A stretch of 28,697 nucleotides of DNA from a virus (IMGVR_UViG_3300014204_000143); one strand, 5' to 3'; counted from the first letter of the stretch, positions 1 to 7,509 are shown. A program made the numbers and translations. The notes: a model not told the origin generated them from the letters alone.

Positions 1-104
1 ATGTGTTTAGTTTTTTCATTTTTAACTAATAAATTTACTTCTTTTTTGTCATCAAATCCACGTCCTACATAAGTCTTTTTTTGTAAATACATATCAAGTC
101 CCAT
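1..104 (-). CDS. Conserved phage hypothetical protein (MGLDMYL N-terminus), partial, runs off the window
   Basis: Manual translation from ATG at 104: MGLDMYLQKKTYVGRGFDDKKEVNLLVKNEKTKH, no stop before the edge. MGLDMYL is a recurrent phage protein N-terminus. Confidence 0.75.
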   Translation of the reverse strand, partial: MGLDMYLQKKTYVGRGFDDKKEVNLLVKNEKTKH

Positions 105-135
105 AATGTTTTAAATTAAAATTGATTAAAGTGTT

Positions 136-282
136 TTAGTTTTTTATTTCAATCGACCTATTCAGTTCAATTATTATATTTTCTAATTCATTGGATACGT
201 GGTAATTATAACCAATAATTTTATTTCTTGCTTCTGTTAAAAGTCTTATAGTTTCGCTAATTTCTATCTCTTTGCTTGTCAT
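136..282 (-). CDS. Small hypothetical protein (48 aa)
   Basis: Manual translation MTSKEIEISETIRLLTEARNKIIGYNYHVSNELENIIIELNRSIEIKN*. Its leader closely resembles that of the adjacent gene at 104. Confidence 0.65.
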   Translation of the reverse strand: MTSKEIEISETIRLLTEARNKIIGYNYHVSNELENIIIELNRSIEIKN

Positions 283-441
283 AGTGTTTTTAAATTAAAA
301 AATGTTAAAGTGTTAGTTAGTGATAGCTTGCCAGACTTTCCCTCATGGCTTCATCGATTGATTTTGCTATGGTGGGCAAAAGTTGTGTTTGACGTGCCAA
401 GTGGGATAAGTCCAGCAAGTTGTAATCCTTAACTGTCTATA

Positions 442-470
442 ATTTTACTCTACTTCTTAAAACCTGTCAA
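442..470 (-). promoter_or_regulatory. Sigma70-type leftward promoter
   Basis: Minus strand TTGACA (470-465), 17 nt, TAAAAT (447-442), upstream of the leftward genes. Confidence 0.75.
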
Positions 471-479
471 TAGGCTACC

Positions 480-488
480 TGTGGATAA
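480..488 (-). promoter_or_regulatory. Perfect DnaA box
   Basis: TGTGGATAA = TTATCCACA on the minus strand, 9 nt upstream of the -35. A one-mismatch copy (TTATCCAAA) lies at 491-499. Confidence 0.65.
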
Positions 489-523
489 CTTTTGGATAAC
501 TTAACTATTCAATGCCTATAATG

Positions 524-552
524 ATTTTATCCCGTTTTAGTAAGATTGTCAA
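524..552 (-). promoter_or_regulatory. Second sigma70-type leftward promoter
   Basis: Minus strand TTGACA (552-547), 17 nt, TAAAAT (529-524). Confidence 0.7.
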
Positions 553-822
553 TTTCGCTTATTTTTGGGATGTTTATTTCATCAGGTGTAAACTATCGTG
601 CAAGGTAATAAAAAAGCCACAGAAGTGATTTTTGAGCGTCGTAAAATACATTATAATACTAATAAGGCTAGTTTGTCTCCTCCGCTCCTCGACTGCTCGT
701 CTCCTCGACCCTCGATTGATTGGCGGTTTTTTGATTTCTTTTCTACTATCCAAACGTAAAGAATAATAAAATAAAAAAATCATAAGAGTTCCTAATGGGT
801 GCCAATATCCTAAGAGAGAAAA

Positions 823-886
823 CTTGTCCCTCGGCTGGTCTCGGCTTGTCCCTCGGCTGGTCTCGGCTGGCTTGTCCCTCGGCTGG
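823..886. repeat. Three copies of 16-bp CTTGTCCCTCGGCTGG
   Basis: Exact copies at 823-838, 845-860 and 871-886, separated by fragments of the same unit. Confidence 0.95.
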
Positions 887-970
887 TATAATGTAATGCT
901 GTCGGGCGACTGGCTGACTAGCTGGGAAGTGGTAAAGTGGCTCGAAGTGTTAAGCCTTGAGTAGTTGATC

Positions 971-1001
971 CTTGCTCCCTTGCTCCCTTGCTCCCTTGCT
1001 C
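971..1001. repeat. Tandem 8-bp repeat (CTTGCTCC) x ~4
   Basis: Direct reading: CTTGCTCC CTTGCTCC CTTGCTCC CTTGCTC. Confidence 0.95.
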
Positions 1002-1350
1002 GTGGCTGTTAATCGATTTGTTTTTTTGTAGCGTAAAACAACGGGCGAGGGTCTAATCTCTTATACCTCTATAGTCTTTTTGCCTTGCGTTCTATGTTTT
1101 ATCAGGTAAGAACATACACGCTACACGCCAAAAGCCTCAAATCTGCCAATTTCAAGCGTCGTACAATATATGTTATGCGACGCATACCACTAACATTGGC
1201 TTAAACATTGACCTCCTTGTCTTTTTGATTGACACCATTCGCCGTGATTTGTCCACTACAAACGCTTTACCCCCTCCCAACGCTCCCAATTGGTCTTTCT
1301 TTCTTATAATAGAGAGCCAGCACCCCAGCATATAAGCCAATGGCTACACG

Positions 1351-1496
1351 CCCCCAAGCCCCAAGGCTAGCAAGCCCCAAGCCCCATAGCCCCCAAGATA
1401 GGGAACGGGGGGCGGTTGGTTTAACTTCCCTAAATTTTTTTTGGTGCCATACCTGTATTACCCCTCTCCCCCTCATTCCTCCCCCAACTCCCCCCC
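1351..1496 (-). repeat. Two clusters of G-runs on the minus strand (C-runs on plus)
   Basis: C5/C4/C4/C4/C5 runs at 1351-1394 (AAGCCCC-like units) and C4/C5/C5/C7 runs at 1461-1496. Confidence 0.85.
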
Positions 1497-1641
1497 TTCA
1501 TATCTGCCCAAGGCACAATTAGGGGGGGTAACCCAGCCACAATCCCCATGCTACAAGCCAATCTGCCAAAAAAATCCGCCCCAATTTTAGACTTTCAAAC
1601 CTTATGTATAACCTTTGTCAAAAAAGAATATAACTTTGTCA

Positions 1642-1662
1642 ATCAACGAATGTTATAATTAA
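1642..1662 (+). promoter_or_regulatory. Conserved 21-bp putative late promoter, copy 1
   Basis: ATCAACGAATGTTATAATTAA contains extended -10 TGnTATAAT. Exact copies at 7069 and 13659. Confidence 0.8.
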
Positions 1663-1678
1663 AGTAGATTAAAATAAA

Positions 1679-1963
1679 ATGAACAAACATAAACTGTTCT
1701 TCGAGAAGTTATCTGAAAGTAGTCGGTATCTTGATTATGAGACAACAATGGAGTTCTACTATGGAATACTAAGAACCATTATCGCCATGCTCAAGCAAGG
1801 GGGAGCCCTTGAGTGCCCAGATTTAGGTAGGTTCGAGATAATTGAGAACAAGCCTACACGCTATGTTAACGTTAATACAGGGATGTTGGAGAACAAAAAC
1901 CCGATTAAATTAGTTAAGTTTAGACCGTGTAGGAAATTAAAAGAATTTATTAAGAATTGTTAA
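1679..1963 (+). CDS. HU/IHF-like DNA-binding protein
   Basis: LKQGGALECPDLGRFEI...YVNVNTG...VKFRPCRKLKEFI matches the HU/IHF pattern (G.v.l.gfG.F...NP.TG...v.F.p...Lk). Confidence 0.85.
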   Translation: MNKHKLFFEKLSESSRYLDYETTMEFYYGILRTIIAMLKQGGALECPDLGRFEIIENKPTRYVNVNTGMLENKNPIKLVKFRPCRKLKEFIKNC

Positions 1964-1978
1964 CGGTTTTTTATTATT

Positions 1979-2344
1979 ATGGAGGAAAAATTAGACTATA
2001 AGATTGACCAACTTACATCGGCAATCGAAAAAATGTTATCTAGAGAAATAGCTCCTGTTGCCCCTATAGCCCCAGTAGCCCCAGTTTTACCTTTAGCTCC
2101 AGTCAATGGTGACCACGACTTGCTTCTTAGGTTAGAAGAGAATGTTAATCTAAACTTTAGACAAGTTAAGGATGCTATTAAGGAATTAAGTGATGGAACA
2201 TCAACAAAAATTAATGACCACGAAAATAGGATTAGATGTAACGAAAAAAATATAACAAAGATTATGACGTGGGGGTCAGCACTTGTTATTATGATTGGAA
2301 TTTTAGAATTTATATTATCAAATTACCTGAATAAGGGGGTTTAA
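1979..2344 (+). CDS. Coiled-coil protein with C-terminal transmembrane helix
   Basis: Heptad-like region ending HENRIRCNEK, hydrophobic segment WGSALVIMIGILEFIL, and a PVAPIAPVAPVLP linker. Confidence 0.6.
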   Translation: MEEKLDYKIDQLTSAIEKMLSREIAPVAPIAPVAPVLPLAPVNGDHDLLLRLEENVNLNFRQVKDAIKELSDGTSTKINDHENRIRCNEKNITKIMTWGSALVIMIGILEFILSNYLNKGV

Positions 2345-2359
2345 AAATTAATTAAATAT

Positions 2360-2692
2360 ATGTCACAAATTTTAAATAGCGACGATAAGAAGGACTTGGA
2401 AAAGTTCTACAAAATTCGTCAGATGATAACTGACACAAAAGTTAAGAGTGGTGAGTGGAAAGAAGACCCATATAAAAATGAGAGTAAACCATCAAAAAAG
2501 ATGGAAGCTTTAATTAAAAACGTTTCAAAGCGAAAGAGTGAACAGGCTGGTCCGCTTAAGGCTGGGACTAATAAACTTTATGGGAAGAAGCTTGACACAA
2601 CGGCACCAATGGAATTACCAGTCTTTAATAGCATCAAAAGGAAAGAAGACCCAAGTTTATTAAGATTTAATAAAAGAAAATTAACTGCATAA
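2360..2692 (+). CDS. Basic hypothetical protein
   Basis: 110-aa ORF, tightly packed, with an A-rich leader. Confidence 0.6.
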   Translation: MSQILNSDDKKDLEKFYKIRQMITDTKVKSGEWKEDPYKNESKPSKKMEALIKNVSKRKSEQAGPLKAGTNKLYGKKLDTTAPMELPVFNSIKRKEDPSLLRFNKRKLTA

Positions 2693-2695
2693 AAT

Positions 2696-2893
2696 ATGTT
2701 ATCTAATATAAAACCTACAAATTATACTGCCGTTGCACCTAGACCAGGATATAAATATGTTGTTGGTGCTGATGGTGTCCGTAGGGAAGTTCCTATACAG
2801 ACAAATAATACAGTAAAACCAAATCTTCAGAACATGATTTCTAAGGTTTCACAGCGTAAAACAAGTTTAAATAATAACTCTATGGTTAAATAG
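2696..2893 (+). CDS. Hypothetical protein
   Basis: 65-aa ORF starting 3 nt after the previous stop. Confidence 0.55.
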   Translation: MLSNIKPTNYTAVAPRPGYKYVVGADGVRREVPIQTNNTVKPNLQNMISKVSQRKTSLNNNSMVK

Positions 2894-2940
2894 TTGTCCA
2901 CAGGTTAGCTATTGACAAGAGTTTTTATATATGTTAAAAT
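2894..2940 (+). promoter_or_regulatory. DnaA-like box plus sigma70 promoter driving the small-gene cassette
   Basis: TTGTCCACA (2894-2902), 9 nt, TTGACA (2912-2917), 17 nt, TAAAAT (2935-2940) with TG extension. Confidence 0.8.
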
Positions 2941-2969
2941 TTAATTGTTCTTTAAAGTTGAGGTGAAAA

Positions 2970-3134
2970 ATGAAATGCCTTATTTGTGGTAGAGAGTTAG
3001 GAGACCAGAGTAAACCATTTTATGCGTTTTCTTACAGCTGGAGAGTTGTTTGTGAATCGTGTCGTCGGGTTTATCTGTGTTACAAATGTAAGGATAAGCT
3101 TCCTAAATGTACTCCACTAGAGGAGGAATCATGA
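2970..3134 (+). CDS. Cys-rich microprotein, 54 aa, putative zinc-binding (not in the ORF track)
   Basis: SD GAGGTG. MKCLICGRELG...CESC...CYKC...C. Stop overlaps the next start (ATGA). Confidence 0.75.
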   Translation: MKCLICGRELGDQSKPFYAFSYSWRVVCESCRRVYLCYKCKDKLPKCTPLEEES

Positions 3135-3379
3135 AAGAAGTCATGAAATGCTACAAATGCGGTCGTGAGCTTGGAAATAAACTAGGTCAATATCCTGGTT
3201 ATTGCCATGGATGGAAAAAGGTTAGTGATTCTTGTATAAGAATTACACTCTGCAACATCTGCGACAAACTCCTTGACTGGTGTTTACCAAGCAAACATGA
3301 CGAGGACGCTTACTTCGGAAAATCCGAGGCAAAAAAGCCTCACAAAGACACCAAAAATCGAAAGGGAGGCAAAAAATGA
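3131..3379 (+). CDS. Cys-rich small protein, probable paralog of 2970..3134
   Basis: SD AGGAGG and ATGA coupling place the start at 3131. MKEVMKCYKCGRELG...CNIC. Confidence 0.75.
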   Translation: MKEVMKCYKCGRELGNKLGQYPGYCHGWKKVSDSCIRITLCNICDKLLDWCLPSKHDEDAYFGKSEAKKPHKDTKNRKGGKK

Positions 3380-3561
3380 ACGCCGATGTTCTTTCCTGCG
3401 ATTATTGTGGAAGACCTGTAAGGGTATATTCCACACAACTTCTTCACTATCGAATCAGGTGGTTTGATAAAAGACAGATTTGTATCTGCTCTGACTGCAA
3501 GAAAAACTTTCCAAAGGAAAAAGAATCCGACAAACCTTCAAGAATGAGGCGAAGAAAATGA
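3376..3561 (+). CDS. Zinc-ribbon-like microprotein
   Basis: SD GGAGG, ATGA overlap, CDYCGR...CSDC (two CxxC motifs). Confidence 0.75.
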   Translation: MNADVLSCDYCGRPVRVYSTQLLHYRIRWFDKRQICICSDCKKNFPKEKESDKPSRMRRRK

Positions 3562-3722
3562 CTATCCTTATCGAGGTCAATGCCAAAACAGGTGAAGTTG
3601 ATAAAATCACTTCAATCAATGGAGGGTTTGTTCAAACCGCCAGCGTTCACGAACTCAAAAAGAGTATCGAAGAACTTATCTCAGAGTTACTGGAAAAACA
3701 CAAGCAAGGTTGGATGGTTTAA
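3558..3722 (+). CDS. Microprotein, 54 aa (not in the ORF track)
   Basis: ATGA overlap, SD-like GAGG. MTILIEVNAKTGEVDKITSINGG...KQGWMV*. Confidence 0.65.
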   Translation: MTILIEVNAKTGEVDKITSINGGFVQTASVHELKKSIEELISELLEKHKQGWMV

Positions 3723-3737
3723 ATCCTAGGAGGAGAG

Positions 3738-3929
3738 ATGAGAATTATCATTGAATTATCGGTAAACGGACAAATCGAAGGAGTGTTTGTTGCTTATAAC
3801 AACAGAGCAAATTCGATTGATGTCGAGGGTGTTCACAATGTTGAACAACTCATTGCGATTGCGATGGAAACTGCTGGAGTCAAAAATGATTTTCCAGAAC
3901 TTCCATTTCGGTCGTGTCCGTGTGACTGA
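3738..3929 (+). CDS. Small hypothetical protein
   Basis: SD AGGAGG upstream. N-terminus MRIIIELSVNGQI resembles that of 3558..3722. Confidence 0.7.
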   Translation: MRIIIELSVNGQIEGVFVAYNNRANSIDVEGVHNVEQLIAIAMETAGVKNDFPELPFRSCPCD

Positions 3930-3934
3930 CTAAC

Positions 3935-3964
3935 TGAGTGGTGGACAACAAACCCCACCACTCA
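3935..3964. terminator. 10-bp stem-loop closing the cassette
   Basis: TGAGTGGTGG-N10-CCACCACTCA, 5 nt after the stop codon. No clear U-tract. Confidence 0.5.
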
Positions 3965-4068
3965 ACAAATTAAGATAAAATTCTATTATACAAGAAAATA
4001 ATGCCAGTCAAGGTTTAAGCCAAAAAGACGTTAATTTAATAGATTTGCGGTCTATGGAGAAAATAAGA

Positions 4069-4115
4069 ATAGGTTAACAAGTGTTAACCCTGTGAAGTGG
4101 ATAGGTTAACAAGTG
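4069..4115. repeat. 15-bp direct repeat with an embedded palindrome
   Basis: ATAGGTTAACAAGTG at 4069 and 4101; GGTTAAC-AAGT-GTTAACC at 4072-4089. Confidence 0.9.
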
Positions 4116-4416
4116 CATAGATTTAGAGTTAGTTTGCATAGTTTCTTGTTCTCTGGCAAAGGGGAGTCCCCTGTCACGGCGTTAAGCTGTAATTGCCAGA
4201 TAAGATGAAGTTATTCATCTAAGAATTACTTGGTATTCGCTTGATAGTTATCTGGTTGTGTCGCTAGTGACTGTCTTACACCGAATATTCAGCGATGTCC
4301 GCTTGTTCGCTAATGGCTCGCAAACGTGGTCGGCGTATCCGATATTAGACACCCCAGCCGTAGTCATTAACGCAAGGCGAGGCGGATTACGGCTGGCGAG
4401 ATTATTAAAATAAATT

Positions 4417-4686
4417 ATGTTAATCGAAGAACAAATAGAAACATTTGCACAAGAGTTTATTGATAAATACTTCGGTAAAACCGCTACCGAGTATTATTGG
4501 ATTGGTGAGGAAATTGGAGGAGTTATGGCTATCAACGATTACTTTTTTGACTTTGATTCTATGCTTCAGTTTATGCGACATAAGTATTCAAGAAAAAAAA
4601 TGTTTGAGTATTATGATTACGCCTTAGAACTTAATATGGCAAATGAATCACCTATAAATATAAAAAACTATGTTAGCAGAAAATAA
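4417..4686 (+). CDS. Hypothetical phage protein
   Basis: 89-aa aromatic-rich ORF with an A-rich leader; overlaps the next gene by 17 nt. Confidence 0.7.
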   Translation: MLIEEQIETFAQEFIDKYFGKTATEYYWIGEEIGGVMAINDYFFDFDSMLQFMRHKYSRKKMFEYYDYALELNMANESPINIKNYVSRK

Positions 4687-5815
4687 ATTTGGAACAGGGT
4701 GCTTAAGAGACAAACCAGATGTCAGAGACTATTCTTTCAAATCACCAGGTATGCCTTTTGATTGGGAACTTGGTTTTGATATTGAATTATTGCTTGGATA
4801 TCGCCAAACTGTTGACTTACAAACTTTCTTCGGTGATTACGGTCAGGCTGGTTGGGGGATTGAAAGATATAAAGAGATAGTCAATGAGTGTAAAGAGAAG
4901 AATATCAAACCTTTTAAAATTCCTATTAAGAATCAAGGGACTCAATCTTCTTGCACTTCTAATGGTAATGCAACATATTTATCAGTTCTTAATATGATTG
5001 AAACTGGCAAATGGGTTGAAATTAGTAGAAGAGATTGTTACGCTTTTATTTATCTTCAAGAAGGTGGTAGCTATATTAGAGATGCAATGAAACTTGACTG
5101 CAAACGAGGTATTGGGACAGAAGAGTTAGTTCCAGGGACAATCAATGGTAGAATTATGACCGAGACTGAAATCAGAGTAAAACCAGAAGAGACCGAAGCC
5201 TTAATTGCTATCAGAACCGCCTTACAATCGAAGTCTTATTGTAGCCAGTCAAATGCTTATACAAATGTTGACGGCTTTGCTTGGATGATGTTATTAAACT
5301 TCGGATTGGTGACAGGTGTGACTGGTTGTAATAACGGCACGTGGCGAAATACTTATCCCGTGCCACCACTAGAAACAATAAACCAAGACCAATTATGGGG
5401 TCACTGCATTTTTTGTGGTCGGGCGGAAGTCAGAGATGATAAAAATATGATTGGTCTTTGTAATAGTTGGGGGACAGGAACAGGCGAACAAGGTTGGCAA
5501 TATCTCGGAGAAAACTATTTTAATCTTCACGCCTATCCTTACACTCCGATTGCTTGGGATGGCGTATTTAATGCCTGGACTTTAGTCGATAACATAAAAG
5601 AAACTTTAATTGAAAAACCTATGACAAATGCAAAAATTATTCGAAATGTAAGAGGTGACGGCAAAGAATGCGGAATTTATCTGCCGATTTTATCCGAAGA
5701 CGCACTCAAATCTATGGGTGGAAATTTCGGACTACAAATCCCTAAAAATGATGATGGAAGTGTCGATTGGGACAAACTTGAGATTGCTGGTGAAACTAAT
5801 GTAGAAAGGTCTTAA
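4670..5815 (+). CDS. Papain-like cysteine peptidase (family C1)
   Basis: NQGTQSSC (Q89, C95), WGHCIF (H245), NSWGTGTGEQGW (N265), and an N-terminal G.lrD.pD.RDY segment typical of bacterial/phage C1 proteins. Confidence 0.9.
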   Translation: MLAENKFGTGCLRDKPDVRDYSFKSPGMPFDWELGFDIELLLGYRQTVDLQTFFGDYGQAGWGIERYKEIVNECKEKNIKPFKIPIKNQGTQSSCTSNGNATYLSVLNMIETGKWVEISRRDCYAFIYLQEGGSYIRDAMKLDCKRGIGTEELVPGTINGRIMTETEIRVKPEETEALIAIRTALQSKSYCSQSNAYTNVDGFAWMMLLNFGLVTGVTGCNNGTWRNTYPVPPLETINQDQLWGHCIFCGRAEVRDDKNMIGLCNSWGTGTGEQGWQYLGENYFNLHAYPYTPIAWDGVFNAWTLVDNIKETLIEKPMTNAKIIRNVRGDGKECGIYLPILSEDALKSMGGNFGLQIPKNDDGSVDWDKLEIAGETNVERS

Positions 5816-5865
5816 TAAACCCTCAGGCTCACCACGATGCCACATACGGCGTTTTAATTTAATAT

Positions 5866-5997
5866 ATGTCTGGAGTTCCCCTTAATATATTTGATGGAGT
5901 TTTTTTCCTTGTTATTGGAAGTATAGTCTATCTAATGACAAATATGAAATTATACAATAAACTAAAATATTTAATCAAAAATCTATGGAAACAATAA
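5866..5997 (+). CDS. 43-aa single-TM protein with basic tail (not in the ORF track)
   Basis: MSGVPLNIFDGVFFLVIGSIVYLMTNMKLYNKLKYLIKNLWKQ*; overlaps the next gene. Confidence 0.5.
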   Translation: MSGVPLNIFDGVFFLVIGSIVYLMTNMKLYNKLKYLIKNLWKQ

Positions 5998-6188
5998 ACA
6001 AATTCTTAATCTGGATTTCTGGATATAAGAGTATTCTCGCAGTTATTTTAACAAGTACTAATTCTTACCTCTGGAATAAAGGATGTTATCAAGAAATTGA
6101 CTTCTTATTTATCAGTGTAATTCTTGGTGTGTTATTTGGCGGAGCGGCTTATCAAACAAAGATTGCATTCAGCAAACAAAACAAGTAA
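5985..6188 (+). CDS. Small two-TM membrane protein, putative holin
   Basis: Two hydrophobic segments (ILAVILTST; FLFISVILGVLFGGAAY) and a basic C-terminus, next to a hydrolase. Confidence 0.55.
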   Translation: METINKFLIWISGYKSILAVILTSTNSYLWNKGCYQEIDFLFISVILGVLFGGAAYQTKIAFSKQNK

Positions 6189-6189
6189 C

Positions 6190-6233
6190 TGTGGATAACT
6201 ACATCTTGACTTATATTTATCTCTTGGTATAAT
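6190..6233 (+). promoter_or_regulatory. Perfect DnaA box plus sigma70-type promoter
   Basis: TGTGGATAA (6190-6198), TTGACT (6206-6211), 16 nt, TATAAT (6228-6233) with TG extension. Confidence 0.7.
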
Positions 6234-6239
6234 TAAGTA

Positions 6240-6342
6240 TTATTAACTCCTGTGGGATGGTTTAGTCACCGTTTCTACGGGGATTATATAAAATAAGATT
6301 GTACAGAATTGCCTGATGGACTCTAACACGTCAGGCTTTTTT
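6240..6342 (+). ncRNA. Candidate ~100-nt small RNA
   Basis: Lies between a promoter and a terminator, has no ORF, and contains a 14-bp GU-rich hairpin at 6248-6282. Confidence 0.4.
6311..6342 (+). terminator. Intrinsic terminator
   Basis: GCCTGA...TCAGGC followed by TTTTTT. Confidence 0.7.
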
Positions 6343-6358
6343 GTTTGTCAATAAAGAA

Positions 6359-6388
6359 TTGACAGCCACTTTAGTATTGTATTAAAAT
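6359..6388 (+). promoter_or_regulatory. Sigma70-type promoter
   Basis: TTGACA (6359-6364), 18 nt, TAAAAT (6383-6388). Confidence 0.55.
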
Positions 6389-6501
6389 ATACGTATGCTT
6401 GTCGTGAACAGGTTAGTGACCACATTCGACAGAGTAAGGTATTTTCGGAGAGATTTCTTGACCTTAAACTAACAAGTCTCTCGAACATTAAATAAACTTA
6501 T

Positions 6502-6717
6502 ATGGCTAATTTAATAGGTAAGTTGTTAGAAGAAATAGATAAATTCAAACCAGTCTTTGGTAATGAAATAGACTTAAAGATATTAAAAAAATATAACGTC
6601 TTAAAAAAAATATTGAAAGATGTTAAAAAAACTGGAACCATCTCACCGTCTAAACAAGGAGAGATAAAGGGTAAAATAGATGAAATATTAGAATTATTAA
6701 TTAAACAAAAATGTTAA
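6502..6717 (+). CDS. Hypothetical protein
   Basis: 71-aa helical-looking ORF overlapping the next gene. Confidence 0.6.
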   Translation: MANLIGKLLEEIDKFKPVFGNEIDLKILKKYNVLKKILKDVKKTGTISPSKQGEIKGKIDEILELLIKQKC

Positions 6718-7052
6718 CAAAAAATCAAATCGAAAAAATACTAATTGAAGCAAAAAAACAACACGATAAAGATAAGAAGTTTCAATATGCTCACGATGTC
6801 TATATTAATCACTTAGCACCAGGAGGAATCCCTGTGGCAATTGAGTTATCTTTTGTGGAATCATTTATTCGGGGACTAGATATGTTTGAACCAAGACTAA
6901 GAGATGAGATAGAATACCTACTGTATGAATCTGGACACATTAAGGGCAAGTGTGAATGTAAGTTTGAAGGCAAGAAGTATGATGCTCACAATATTAAGTC
7001 TTATTCAGAATTCATTTTTGCAGTTTTAAACGAAAATCAAGACAAAAAGTAA
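6711..7052 (+). CDS. Hypothetical protein
   Basis: 113-aa ORF. Confidence 0.65.
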   Translation: MLTKNQIEKILIEAKKQHDKDKKFQYAHDVYINHLAPGGIPVAIELSFVESFIRGLDMFEPRLRDEIEYLLYESGHIKGKCECKFEGKKYDAHNIKSYSEFIFAVLNENQDKK

Positions 7053-7068
7053 AATTTAATTCCAGTTT

Positions 7069-7089
7069 ATCAACGAATGTTATAATTAA
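7069..7089 (+). promoter_or_regulatory. Conserved 21-bp putative late promoter, copy 2
   Basis: Exact ATCAACGAATGTTATAATTAA upstream of the packaging operon. Confidence 0.8.
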
Positions 7090-7122
7090 TATGTAGAAAT
7101 ACATATTTTTTATTTAAAAAAA

Positions 7123-7509
7123 ATGGAAATTGGAACAAACTCTTCAAAAAAAGCTCTAATTGATAGAAAACTATTAAAATTAGAAAATAAACGAAAACAA
7201 GTCGAAACAGCAGAACTAACAATGAAAAATGTTATAAACAAATCGAAAGAGGAAACTCTTAATATTTTGTTTTCTAACATGCGTGCTTCTGGTGTTGACT
7301 TACAGTCAGACGAATCAATCGCTGAATATTTTCAGAGAATTTATGACAATGACCCAGATTTATATGAGTTGCTAGTCAGGGCGATTAATTCTGTGTCTAG
7401 TGGACTAAACACAGAATCGCAATTTAAGTCTAGTCTACCTAACATAAAACCAAATATTACTCCACCTCCAGTAACTCAACCCACAGAAGTATCGAACGTT
7501 CCAAACTAA
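7123..7509 (+). CDS. Hypothetical protein
   Basis: 128-aa ORF with a Pro/Thr-rich tail, first gene after the motif. Confidence 0.7.
   Translation: MEIGTNSSKKALIDRKLLKLENKRKQVETAELTMKNVINKSKEETLNILFSNMRASGVDLQSDESIAEYFQRIYDNDPDLYELLVRAINSVSSGLNTESQFKSSLPNIKPNITPPPVTQPTEVSNVPN

Noticed and set aside
823-886. Possible mini CRISPR array
   Set aside because: Repeats are only 16 bp, the 6-10 nt spacers are pieces of the repeat itself, and no cas genes are present.
574-1522. ORFs 574..783, 1267..1476 and 1340..1522
   Set aside because: Low-complexity translations of repeats or G-runs, with no recognisable motifs or start signals.
3107-3130. ORF-track start at 3107
   Set aside because: The SD and ATGA coupling support 3131.
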